37,572 nucleotides of DNA from an uncultured archaeon (GCA_964459585.1 CAYWME010000001.1:1-37572), one strand, 5' to 3'; positions 16,702 to 24,521 are shown, numbered from the stretch's first letter. Notes: generated by a model from the letters alone, not told the origin. Program-made: numbers and translations.

Positions 16702-18596
16702 ATGACGAAAAAGAAAAACAAACACTTTATGAAAAAATTTGCATGTTTTTCGAAAAGATAGGGATTAATCCACCAAAGGATCTGAGAGAAAGATACGAGA
16801 AAGAAATAAATTTTTGTCATCTAAAGACTACTCCGAAGGGTGTTTTTTCAACTGCCATTTTTGTACCGATTATAATTTCGATTTCTATGTCAGTAATAGC
16901 TTTGTTTTTAAACGTCTTCTCCTTTGCCCTTCTAGGAATGATTGTTGTTTTGAATTTTATTGTCTTTTATTTTCTCCTTTTTTACACCAAATTTTTGGTT
17001 AAATTTTTTAGGTCGAAAGCTGCGTCTGAGATGGCTCTGGCTATAGTTTATATGACTACTTCACTAAAAGTGTCTAGAAACTTAGAAAACGCGGTTTTAT
17101 TTGCTGCATCAAACTTAAAGGGTCCGCTAGGAAAGGACTTTAAACAAATTTTATGGGAATTAGAGACAGGAAAATTGAATTCAGTTATACAAGGAATTGA
17201 CAAACTGATAGAAAAATGGAAAGAAGAAAGTGAGGAGTTTGTCGATGCTTTAACAATTTTAAAGAATACAACGGCTGTTCCACCATCAGAAGTTGATAAA
17301 AACCTTAGGAAGGCGGTGTCGATTATGCTTTATGGAACTAAAGAAAGAATGAAAAAATACTCGCTGGCGTTAAAAATGCCTTTGATGATAATAAACATGT
17401 TTGGGATTTTACTTCCCGTGATGGGACTAATATTCTTCCCGATTGTTTCACTTTTTACACCAGAAATTGCTAGGCCAGAACTTCTGGCTTTTTTATATGT
17501 GGTGTTTTTACCGACAGTCAACATAATTTTCATGAGACAGTATTTCTATCATAGACCATATTCTTTTCACCAAATTGAAAGCAAGGTTATTGTTGATCTA
17601 AAAAAACTTCTTTTACCTATATTTTTTATTTTGGTGTCCTGTTTAGCAGTCGTTGTGTTTTCGTCTATGCAACTCTTGAATGAAAAAGGGGCTTTTAGTT
17701 TTAATCAACTAATTTTCTCAGTAAGTATTGTATCAACTATAGGTCTTAGCATTTCTTCGATTTTACTTTTAGTAGGATATATAAATAAAGAAAAGAATGA
17801 AAAGCTTTTGGAAATGGAAAGGGAATTGCCGTCTGTTCTTTTTGCTTTGAGTTTGGAAGCAGAAACAGGAAGACCGTTTGAAATTATCCTCGAAGATTCT
17901 TTGTCAAAAATAAGAGATTATAAGTTTAGTGAAATCGTTATTAGAATCCTAGAAAGAATTAAAAAGTTGGGTTTAAATCTCAAATCAGCTTTATTTAGTG
18001 AAAAATATGGAGTAATGTTCGATTATCCGTCTAAGATTATTCATGCGGTAATGAAAACGGTTGTCGATATATCTGAAAGAGGCATACATTTCCTTTCTTC
18101 TTCGCTAAGAACTATTTCAGAATATCTTAAAGATGCAATAGAAGTTGATGATTTTTCACATGAAACTTTATCGGAATCCACTTCACAAATGCGATTTCAA
18201 GCGTGGCTTTTGGCTCCACTTACTGCAGGAATAGTTGTTGGTTTGATGGCAATTGTATTGCATATATTTACAGTTTTTGGAGGGTCTTTAGAACAAATAA
18301 ATGAGTTTTTGGGTGGCGGAGATAAAAGCTTTGGTACTATTTCTTTTCTATTCAACATAGGGAACTTAATATCTTTTTCACAATTTCAATTTATAGTAGG
18401 GATTTACATGATAGAAATTATGTTGATCTTATCTTACTTTACAGGTGACATAAAGTACGGAGATAACAATGTAAGCAAAATACTCGAGATGGGGGAAACC
18501 CTTTTAATTGGAATTTTCATATATTTTTCGACAATTCTTCTACTATACATTCTTATAAATGGTATGATAACAATTAGTGCGGTTGAAACAATATGA
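16698..18596 (+). CDS. Pilus/archaellum-type membrane platform protein (PilC/TadC/FlaJ-like, two T2SS-F-like repeats)
   Basis: ATGA overlap with the ATPase gene. 632 aa with three clusters of TM helices separating two cytoplasmic helical domains. Each domain has the family-typical pattern (AASEMALAIVYMTTSLKVSRNLENAV...GPLGKDF and ERELPSVLFALSLEAETGRPFEIIL). Confidence 0.7.
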   Translation: MNDEKEKQTLYEKICMFFEKIGINPPKDLRERYEKEINFCHLKTTPKGVFSTAIFVPIIISISMSVIALFLNVFSFALLGMIVVLNFIVFYFLLFYTKFLVKFFRSKAASEMALAIVYMTTSLKVSRNLENAVLFAASNLKGPLGKDFKQILWELETGKLNSVIQGIDKLIEKWKEESEEFVDALTILKNTTAVPPSEVDKNLRKAVSIMLYGTKERMKKYSLALKMPLMIINMFGILLPVMGLIFFPIVSLFTPEIARPELLAFLYVVFLPTVNIIFMRQYFYHRPYSFHQIESKVIVDLKKLLLPIFFILVSCLAVVVFSSMQLLNEKGAFSFNQLIFSVSIVSTIGLSISSILLLVGYINKEKNEKLLEMERELPSVLFALSLEAETGRPFEIILEDSLSKIRDYKFSEIVIRILERIKKLGLNLKSALFSEKYGVMFDYPSKIIHAVMKTVVDISERGIHFLSSSLRTISEYLKDAIEVDDFSHETLSESTSQMRFQAWLLAPLTAGIVVGLMAIVLHIFTVFGGSLEQINEFLGGGDKSFGTISFLFNIGNLISFSQFQFIVGIYMIEIMLILSYFTGDIKYGDNNVSKILEMGETLLIGIFIYFSTILLLYILINGMITISAVETI

Positions 18597-18706
18597 AAGG
18601 TGTTAGAACGTCAGTTTTATTCATAATGGTAGGAATTTTAACAATTTTTTTGATAGTACTCTTTATTTATATCGTCTCCGAAAAAATTTTTAAATATGCT
18701 CCTTGA
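18593..18706 (+). CDS. Micro-ORF (37 aa), single-TM, possible minimal prepilin-like peptide; not in the ORF track
   Basis: Hand translation: MKGVRTSVLFIMVGILTIFLIVLFIYIVSEKIFKYAP*. The ATG overlaps the platform gene stop (ATGA). MKG is followed by a 22-residue hydrophobic stretch. Confidence 0.35.
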   Translation: MKGVRTSVLFIMVGILTIFLIVLFIYIVSEKIFKYAP

Positions 18707-18854
18707 AGGAAAAAAAGGGATTGCTATAAGTTGGATTGTCTTGGCCATTTTGTTTATAATTTCTATCATCGTTTTTTTAATTTTCATAAACAAAATGACT
18801 TTTATCATACCTATTTTTGGAACAAAGGTTGGAGAGGCCATTAGTGGAGGATAA
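18696..18854 (+). CDS. Micro-ORF (52 aa) with a class-III-like leader; not in the ORF track
   Basis: Hand translation: MLLEGKKGIAISWIVLAILFIISIIVFLIFINKMTFIIPIFGTKVGEAISGG*. KKG|IA is followed by a hydrophobic helix. It overlaps the previous micro-ORF by 11 nt in another frame. Confidence 0.4.
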   Translation: MLLEGKKGIAISWIVLAILFIISIIVFLIFINKMTFIIPIFGTKVGEAISGG

Positions 18855-18887
18855 TTTACATTAATTTCAAAAACAAAATTATATTTA

Positions 18888-20123
18888 ATGAGCTGGTCTT
18901 TAACGTTGGTCGCTGGTTTTGTTGTTGGGGTTATAGTGATTTCACTATCAAGTTTATTTCTTTTTGGTACAACGAACCCCATTTTCGACCGCTTGTCGTC
19001 TTTATTTTCCTCCTATGATCAAGACATTAGAAACGCTATACTTTGCGCTATTGAGAGGGCTAAAAGTGGTTGTAATGATCCTTTGATAGATACAATAAGA
19101 TGGAAGAGTTATGATGAAAATGGGAGTTTGGTTGAAGTTTCTTGTATAGAGTTTTGTAACAGAGAACAATTTTTTGATAAAAATGGGAGAGTGTTTGGTT
19201 TTGAATCAATTTACTATCCTGTGGAAATTTCTGTAAGCGGTGAGGACAACATTATAGGAAGGTATAGTTCACCAGAGATAAAATGTTTGACACTAGCTTC
19301 TAAGATAGTTCATAAAATGTATCCAAATAAGTTTTCTTTAGATGTAGGTGATAATTATATAATAATCGATGATTCTGTAATAAAAAAATATCCTACTCCC
19401 TCTGATGACGATTGTGATGGGGCGGAAAGCTATGATTTATTGGATATCAAAAACTCTAAATTGTATATTTATACAGTTACTGATCCGTTTCATGATAAAA
19501 TCGTTTATGTAAACTCTACAAACACTTATCCGATCATTGAGCCCAATGGTGAGACATATGTTAATCTTACTCTTACTGAGACTTATTATGGGTTCGATAC
19601 GAGTTTAGATATAAGTGTAAATTTTTATGGGAAGGCGATAAGATTAAGAGTTAAAGATAATAACTATGAGAAAGACCTAATAGTGGTTGCTGATAAGATA
19701 GATGGAGAAAATAAAAACGTTGTTCTCTCTATATATGATTTTACCGATAATTCACTTATATGTCAGAAGACCATAAATAAAGGCTCTCGTGACAAATGTG
19801 AACTCGATGATATTAGAGAGCTTGACTTTTTTGTAGAAGACATGTTTAGCTTTTCTTATTGCGTAATTCATGAATGTTATGGTAGTAGGTGTGGTTCTGT
19901 GTATAAATATGTTAGTCAAGAAAATGATGATATTTGTGATGTTGTTTTGTCAACCATTAATTCAACAAAAATAAAAATTAGATTCCAAACCACTGATTGT
20001 GAAAGCCAGGGGGACGGGTATGTTTGTTTAAGTAATTGTGGTCCATGTAACGAAGTTACTAGATATTCGTGTAGTAACGGAAAGCTATGTTGTTATTGCC
20101 CTTACTTAACAGAAATATCATAA
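18888..20123 (+). CDS. Large cysteine-rich surface protein, paralog 1 (N-terminal hydrophobic anchor/leader; 20 Cys; Cys-knot-like C-terminus)
   Basis: 411 aa. N-terminus MSWSLTLVAGFVVGVIVISLSSLFLF. It shares a 69-aa identical cassette and lower-level similarity throughout with the next gene. The C-terminal 44 aa carry 8 Cys (TDCESQGDGYVCLSNCGPCNEVTRYSCSNGKLCCYCPY). Confidence 0.7.
   Translation: MSWSLTLVAGFVVGVIVISLSSLFLFGTTNPIFDRLSSLFSSYDQDIRNAILCAIERAKSGCNDPLIDTIRWKSYDENGSLVEVSCIEFCNREQFFDKNGRVFGFESIYYPVEISVSGEDNIIGRYSSPEIKCLTLASKIVHKMYPNKFSLDVGDNYIIIDDSVIKKYPTPSDDDCDGAESYDLLDIKNSKLYIYTVTDPFHDKIVYVNSTNTYPIIEPNGETYVNLTLTETYYGFDTSLDISVNFYGKAIRLRVKDNNYEKDLIVVADKIDGENKNVVLSIYDFTDNSLICQKTINKGSRDKCELDDIRELDFFVEDMFSFSYCVIHECYGSRCGSVYKYVSQENDDICDVVLSTINSTKIKIRFQTTDCESQGDGYVCLSNCGPCNEVTRYSCSNGKLCCYCPYLTEIS
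19029..19235 (+). repeat. 207-bp perfect direct repeat, copy 1 (in frame inside CDS 18888..20123)
   Basis: Base-by-base comparison with 20341..20547 shows identity over all 207 nt. The flanking bases differ on both sides (t/g upstream, a/g downstream). Confidence 0.95.
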
Positions 20124-20146
20124 GTTGTGAGTGTTGCACTCAAAAC
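20124..20146 (+). terminator. Stem-loop directly after the stop of paralog 1 (GTTGTGAGTG-ttg-CACTCAAAAC)
   Basis: 10-bp stem with one mismatch and a 3-nt loop, starting 1 nt after the TAA. There is no T-tract, so a role in termination or mRNA stabilisation is speculative. Confidence 0.25.
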
Positions 20147-20193
20147 GGGCCTTCCATAAACACTTTAACTTAAATCAGCAAAATATTTAATTA

Positions 20194-21261
20194 ATGAGAG
20201 GTTTTGGATCATTCGTTGTTGGTGCTATAATCGTAGTGGTAACGGTAGTAGTGATAGCTTTTCTTTTATTCAAATATGGTGGTAGTTTATTAAGACAGCG
20301 ATCTGATATATTTATTTCTTATTCCAATGTTGCTAATCCGAGAAACGCTATACTTTGCGCTATTGAGAGGGCTAAAAGTGGTTGTAATGATCCTTTGATA
20401 GATACAATAAGATGGAAGAGTTATGATGAAAATGGGAGTTTGGTTGAAGTTTCTTGTATAGAGTTTTGTAACAGAGAACAATTTTTTGATAAAAATGGGA
20501 GAGTGTTTGGTTTTGAATCAATTTACTATCCTGTGGAAATTTCTGTAGATAGTAGTAGTTCGATAGAAAAATATAAAGATCCAAAAATAGAATGCTTATC
20601 GTTAATCGCAAAATTTAAAACACCATCGTGCCCGCTTGGTTGTGCTGGTACTTATGTTTTCGTTGACGATTATGCGATATCCAAATATCCTGATGTTTCT
20701 AAAGAATGTAATGGGATTGAATCGTACAGTTCACTTGCTTTGAAAAAAACTACATTGTATATCTATGCTGTCAAAAAAGATGATAACAATCCCCTAACAC
20801 TAAACAACTTTATATATATTTTTATATATAGTACCCCAACATATCCCGTACTCCATCCTAACGATAAAGTCAGTATAACATTGAGCAAACCATACGATGA
20901 TGGTACTTACGTAGTGAAAGCGGTTAGAATAAAGACGATAACCTCAGATTCTCAAAGAGATTTAATAATCACTACAAGAAATATAAATCGCGAAGAGGAA
21001 AAAATTGAGATTTTAATACTAGACTTTGACAATTTAAACTCAATTTGTCAAGAAATAATAAGTAGAGGTTCGACTTATAAGTGCTATATTGATGACAACA
21101 ATTATCTTGAAATTGTACCAACGGAATTTTCTCAATCCAGTCGTCCAAAAACCAATAACACAAAAGTTACTATAAAATTCAAAACACCAACTAGTGGTGG
21201 AGAGGCTGGTAGAATGGTAAGTTCTTGCGCGCCTCGCCCACACTGTCTTTACCCAGAATAA
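20194..21261 (+). CDS. Large cysteine-rich surface protein, paralog 2 (class-III-like leader MRG|FGSFVVGAIIVVV; 12 Cys)
   Basis: 355 aa. It contains the identical 69-aa cassette, then diverged but alignable segments (IEKYKDPKIECLSL / IGRYSSPEIKCLTL; LYIYAV / LYIYTV; SICQEIISRGSTYKCYIDD / LICQKTINKGSRDKCELDD). Confidence 0.7.
   Translation: MRGFGSFVVGAIIVVVTVVVIAFLLFKYGGSLLRQRSDIFISYSNVANPRNAILCAIERAKSGCNDPLIDTIRWKSYDENGSLVEVSCIEFCNREQFFDKNGRVFGFESIYYPVEISVDSSSSIEKYKDPKIECLSLIAKFKTPSCPLGCAGTYVFVDDYAISKYPDVSKECNGIESYSSLALKKTTLYIYAVKKDDNNPLTLNNFIYIFIYSTPTYPVLHPNDKVSITLSKPYDDGTYVVKAVRIKTITSDSQRDLIITTRNINREEEKIEILILDFDNLNSICQEIISRGSTYKCYIDDNNYLEIVPTEFSQSSRPKTNNTKVTIKFKTPTSGGEAGRMVSSCAPRPHCLYPE
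20341..20547 (+). repeat. 207-bp perfect direct repeat, copy 2 (in frame inside CDS 20194..21261)
   Basis: Identical to 19029..19235. Both copies begin on a codon boundary of their own gene (offsets 141 and 147 nt from the starts). Confidence 0.95.
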
Positions 21262-21297
21262 AATAAAATTATTTATCTCGAAATTAAGAGTTTTATT

Positions 21298-21561
21298 ATG
21301 GTTTCTATAAACACAGTGTTTATAATATTAGTTATTTTTTTCACATTTTTCTTCACTCTTGTATTAACATGGAACTATTATGCAAAAAACGAAAAAGTAA
21401 GAGGAGAAATGGCTTGTGAAGCGAAACTATTAAATTATTGCCAAAGATGGTTAACGGAAGGAGAAGACCCTGGCGATTGGTATTCTATATCTCCTGTAGA
21501 CTGCGAAAAATATGGAATTACTAGACCGACTAAAGAATATTGTAATGAGGTATTAAAATGA
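21298..21561 (+). CDS. Small N-terminally anchored Cys-containing protein (87 aa)
   Basis: MVSINTVFIILVIFFTFFFTLVLTW hydrophobic N-terminus, then a soluble domain with 4 Cys. The stop overlaps the next start (ATGA). Confidence 0.6.
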   Translation: MVSINTVFIILVIFFTFFFTLVLTWNYYAKNEKVRGEMACEAKLLNYCQRWLTEGEDPGDWYSISPVDCEKYGITRPTKEYCNEVLK

Positions 21562-21977
21562 ATGGGATAACATCTATAGATGTAGCCGGATTTGTTATAA
21601 TAACAATTTTAACACTTGTCTTTTTTTTCAATTTTTTACCAAGAGCCGTAGAGATGCTTGTAAAAACTGTTAGTCTAACCTCAACTTGGAGAGTTTCGGA
21701 AGAGATAAGTAGTTTAATATCAACATCAGCTTCAGCGCCCTATGAAATCGAAATAAACTACAAAATCCCAGACGAGAGAGTCAAATACAAAATATCTACT
21801 TCAGATAGATTCGTACATGTAAGTATTTTAAGGGGGGGTGTTTTAGGAGAAACGTCTCCAGCAGATTCAAAAATTCTCGTAGATGTGAATGAAGAAGCGT
21901 TTGAAAGTGCTTCCGAGTTCATTATAAAAAAGTTTTTAACAAACGGTGAAACCCAATATGTCATCAAAGCTAAATAA
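21558..21977 (+). CDS. Pilin-like/N-terminally anchored protein (139 aa)
   Basis: MNG|ITSIDVAGFVIITILTLVFFF leader-like N-terminus. It is operonic, with 4-nt overlap upstream and about 20-nt overlap downstream. Confidence 0.55.
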   Translation: MNGITSIDVAGFVIITILTLVFFFNFLPRAVEMLVKTVSLTSTWRVSEEISSLISTSASAPYEIEINYKIPDERVKYKISTSDRFVHVSILRGGVLGETSPADSKILVDVNEEAFESASEFIIKKFLTNGETQYVIKAK

Positions 21978-22851
21978 AGGAATTACGATAACGACATCGG
22001 CCGTTTTCGAAGCAATTGTTTTACTCATTTTAATAATACTGATATTTTGGTTTTTTGCTAATACAGCGTACGAGGCACATTTGAAGTTAAAAGAAAATAG
22101 AGTAGAAAAAATGTCGATAGAAGTAGCAAATGCTATGCTCAGTTCAAAGGAACTTACATACGAAGAAAACGGAAAGGTTTTAAGAGGTGTTCTAGATAAA
22201 GAAAAACTAGATGCAAAATTCTACAAAATTAAAGAATTTCCACTAGTAACGAATGTTAAGGAATTTGCGGGTTGTGTACAATATACTTATAATAACAATT
22301 GTTCTGAAGCGAACATAATAGACATTCTTGAATGTATAGCAAACTTTCTTTCAGACATAACTGGGTGTGTTTCTGATTTCATTCTCGATAATTTTGGCCC
22401 AACAAGTGATACGAATATATTTAAAAACTATGAAGTTGCTGTCCAATCATTAAATATGTATACAACGCCTATAGACGTTTCTGTAGGTTTTCCAAATACA
22501 TACACATACGTTGTTGTTTTAGATTTAGAAAATTGCGATGAAAACGGTCATTGTGAATCTTGGCAGGGAGTTATTAATTCACCGACATCATTAGGAGAAA
22601 ATTATATATTCAGGTTTGGTGAGTGTCTTTTGAGTAACATAAATTTGGATTTAAACACGATTGTTTCGGCAGGTCTTTTTGCCGGACTATGGACACCATT
22701 TGACATAGACGAATGTGTTAATAATGTTTTTGGAGGAAACGCAATATACAATAATATAATGTCAAGAAAAGGTCTTCCTGTGTTAATAAAATATGGAAAT
22801 GGTGAAACCCATATAGGAAGAATTTATGTGGGAATGGTACAATGGTCGTAA
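21958..22851 (+). CDS. Prepilin-like protein (297 aa, 8 Cys)
   Basis: MSSKLNKG|ITITTSAVFEAIVLLILIILIFWFF has a basic residue plus Gly followed by a hydrophobic helix (class III signal pattern). The tracked GTG at 21946 is an alternative start. Confidence 0.65.
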   Translation: MSSKLNKGITITTSAVFEAIVLLILIILIFWFFANTAYEAHLKLKENRVEKMSIEVANAMLSSKELTYEENGKVLRGVLDKEKLDAKFYKIKEFPLVTNVKEFAGCVQYTYNNNCSEANIIDILECIANFLSDITGCVSDFILDNFGPTSDTNIFKNYEVAVQSLNMYTTPIDVSVGFPNTYTYVVVLDLENCDENGHCESWQGVINSPTSLGENYIFRFGECLLSNINLDLNTIVSAGLFAGLWTPFDIDECVNNVFGGNAIYNNIMSRKGLPVLIKYGNGETHIGRIYVGMVQWS

Positions 22852-23276
22852 AAAAAGGCTTTATGTTAATAACAATTCCCATCATGATCGCTCTATTTGT
22901 ATTAGTAATTGGTGGTGCTTTTGGTTTGAGCGTTCTTTTAAAAAAACAACTAATAATTAACCTTATAGTTGAATACGAGAACAACGAAGGCGATCTATCA
23001 ATCCTATCTCTTTTAAGACGCAAATTCAGCGAGACGTTGGATGGTTATGACGTCATAGTGTTGTCCAGCAATATACAGAGCGATTCTTTTCTCGATTTTA
23101 TCGATGATGCTATAAATAAGACCATTTCACCTAAATGCTATGAATTATATTTTTTGGAAAAACTTATTAAAAAAACGTGTGATTGCGGCAGAAATTCAAA
23201 TAAAGTTTCCTTTGATTTAATTGTCCCATATAATGATGAAAACCTAATAAAAACGCTGACTTTGGTGTATAAATGA
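22842..23276 (+). CDS. Prepilin-like protein (144 aa)
   Basis: MVVKKG|FMLITIPIMIALFVLVIGGAF is a textbook class III signal pattern. It overlaps both neighbours. Confidence 0.7.
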   Translation: MVVKKGFMLITIPIMIALFVLVIGGAFGLSVLLKKQLIINLIVEYENNEGDLSILSLLRRKFSETLDGYDVIVLSSNIQSDSFLDFIDDAINKTISPKCYELYFLEKLIKKTCDCGRNSNKVSFDLIVPYNDENLIKTLTLVYK

Positions 23277-24142
23277 AAGGACAAGGCCCGATAGCGATTG
23301 CATTGATGATTTTGATGATTGGTCTTGCTAGTGCTGGTTATTTTTTAACTTCGTCCATTATAACCACGTATAACGTCAGAACAGGTTTAAAAAGTAGGAC
23401 AATTATGAAAGAAATCGACAAGTTTGAGGTTTTTAAAATAGGTATAGAAAAATCTCTTAAATATTCACTTTGTCAGGGTGTTTATGAAACCTTTAAAAAA
23501 AATGGATTTAGTTCTCTTGACAACATACCGACTATAGATAATATACCAGTTTTGAGAAATGGGAGTAATGTATATTTTACTTATAACTATTTTGACGATG
23601 TGAAAAACAGTGTAGCTAATATTTTTTCTGAATATACTAACCAACTTAAGAATGTCAATGGAGTTGTGGTACCGAGTGGTGAAATACGAATTGTAGACGA
23701 AGATGGCTTAGTTGAAGTGTTTTTTCATTCCGATGAAAAAACCACGTATTCTGGATTTTTCTATACTATAAAAGATTTGACTAATTTTAGTGCAAAAGTA
23801 AGAACGCATTTTTTAGATATGTTTGACCTGGCCATCGACATGTTTATCCAAAACGATAAAATAAAGGAAAAAATCACAGAAGCAATAAATTCGTGTGGAT
23901 ATTGCTCCGACGAAGAACTTGGAAATATGATAAGTGACAAAATTAAAACTCTAGAGGGTAAATACAATGGAGTTGAACTCGTGTTAAATGTTGAAAATAT
24001 CAAAATAGCCCAAAACAAAGTCACGGCAAAGGTTCTCGTGACAATAAAAGACTCAGATAAATGTTTCTTTTTTGACGACTCTGAAGTACGGTATGATAAA
24101 TTACCGTTTGTTTTCTATATAATTAGCGAAAAAAACATTTAG
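23273..24142 (+). CDS. Prepilin-like protein (289 aa)
   Basis: MKG|QGPIAIALMILMIGLASAGYF carries the KGQ motif typical of euryarchaeal-type prepilins. ATGA overlap with the upstream gene. Confidence 0.7.
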   Translation: MKGQGPIAIALMILMIGLASAGYFLTSSIITTYNVRTGLKSRTIMKEIDKFEVFKIGIEKSLKYSLCQGVYETFKKNGFSSLDNIPTIDNIPVLRNGSNVYFTYNYFDDVKNSVANIFSEYTNQLKNVNGVVVPSGEIRIVDEDGLVEVFFHSDEKTTYSGFFYTIKDLTNFSAKVRTHFLDMFDLAIDMFIQNDKIKEKITEAINSCGYCSDEELGNMISDKIKTLEGKYNGVELVLNVENIKIAQNKVTAKVLVTIKDSDKCFFFDDSEVRYDKLPFVFYIISEKNI

Positions 24143-24164
24143 AGTTTTGAGCAACAGCCAAACA

Positions 24165-24199
24165 ACAAAAATATTAATACAAAGTTTAAAAAAATATAT
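24165..24199 (+). promoter_or_regulatory. Possible BRE/TATA region for the short pilin gene; the transcript may be leaderless
   Basis: AAAAATATTAATAC is centred about 26 nt upstream of the ATG at 24200. There is no SD-like purine motif in between. This is the only sizeable intergenic gap (57 nt) inside the pilin gene string. Confidence 0.3.
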
Positions 24200-24520
24200 A
24201 TGGCAAAAGGGCTGAGTGCACCAACCATAATAAGTTTAATAATTGCGGTCGCTATAGGTGGGTTATTACTCTACATATTCTGGACAAGAGGTGCGACGCC
24301 ATTTATGGGTGTAACCAGTGAGCAAGATTGCAGAACCACTATTTTTAAAGCATGTAACAAATTTACTGGTATGAATTTCAATGTTTTTGATGATACAAAA
24401 ATAAAATCATGTATTGAAAAGTATTTTCCTGAGGAAAATAGCGATTATGAAGAATGTATTGATGGGAACCAAGACAAATGTTCAAGCATGTGTATAGCAT
24501 TTGAATCTGGAACTGTTTAG
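24200..24520 (+). CDS. Short prepilin-like protein (106 aa, 6 Cys), candidate major pilin
   Basis: MAKG|LSAPTIISLIIAVAIGGLLLYIF is a class III signal pattern. It has a small globular domain with 6 Cys and its own upstream AT-rich promoter-like gap. Confidence 0.7.
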   Translation: MAKGLSAPTIISLIIAVAIGGLLLYIFWTRGATPFMGVTSEQDCRTTIFKACNKFTGMNFNVFDDTKIKSCIEKYFPEENSDYEECIDGNQDKCSSMCIAFESGTV

Positions 24521-24521
24521 C

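Noticed and set aside
18638-18982. 114-aa minus-strand ORF spanning the gap after the platform gene
   Set aside because: It overlaps the start of the 411-aa gene and both sense-strand micro-ORFs and has no membrane or domain features. The sense-strand reading fits the operon structure (ATGA coupling).
19029-20547. The 207-bp perfect repeats as ends of an insertion sequence or other mobile element
   Set aside because: Both copies are direct, in frame and code for the same protein segment inside paralogous genes. There is no transposase, no terminal inverted repeat and no target-site duplication. Gene conversion or duplication, or an assembly artefact, explains them better.
14497-24520. Interpretation of the ATPase/platform/leader-protein operon as an archaellum (motility) locus
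   Set aside because: There is no KaiC-like FlaH/ArlH gene and no ArlF/ArlG/ArlC/D/E-like genes next to the ATPase. The substrates are large, heterogeneous and Cys-rich rather than a set of similar archaellins. An adhesive or other type IV filament is the better fit.
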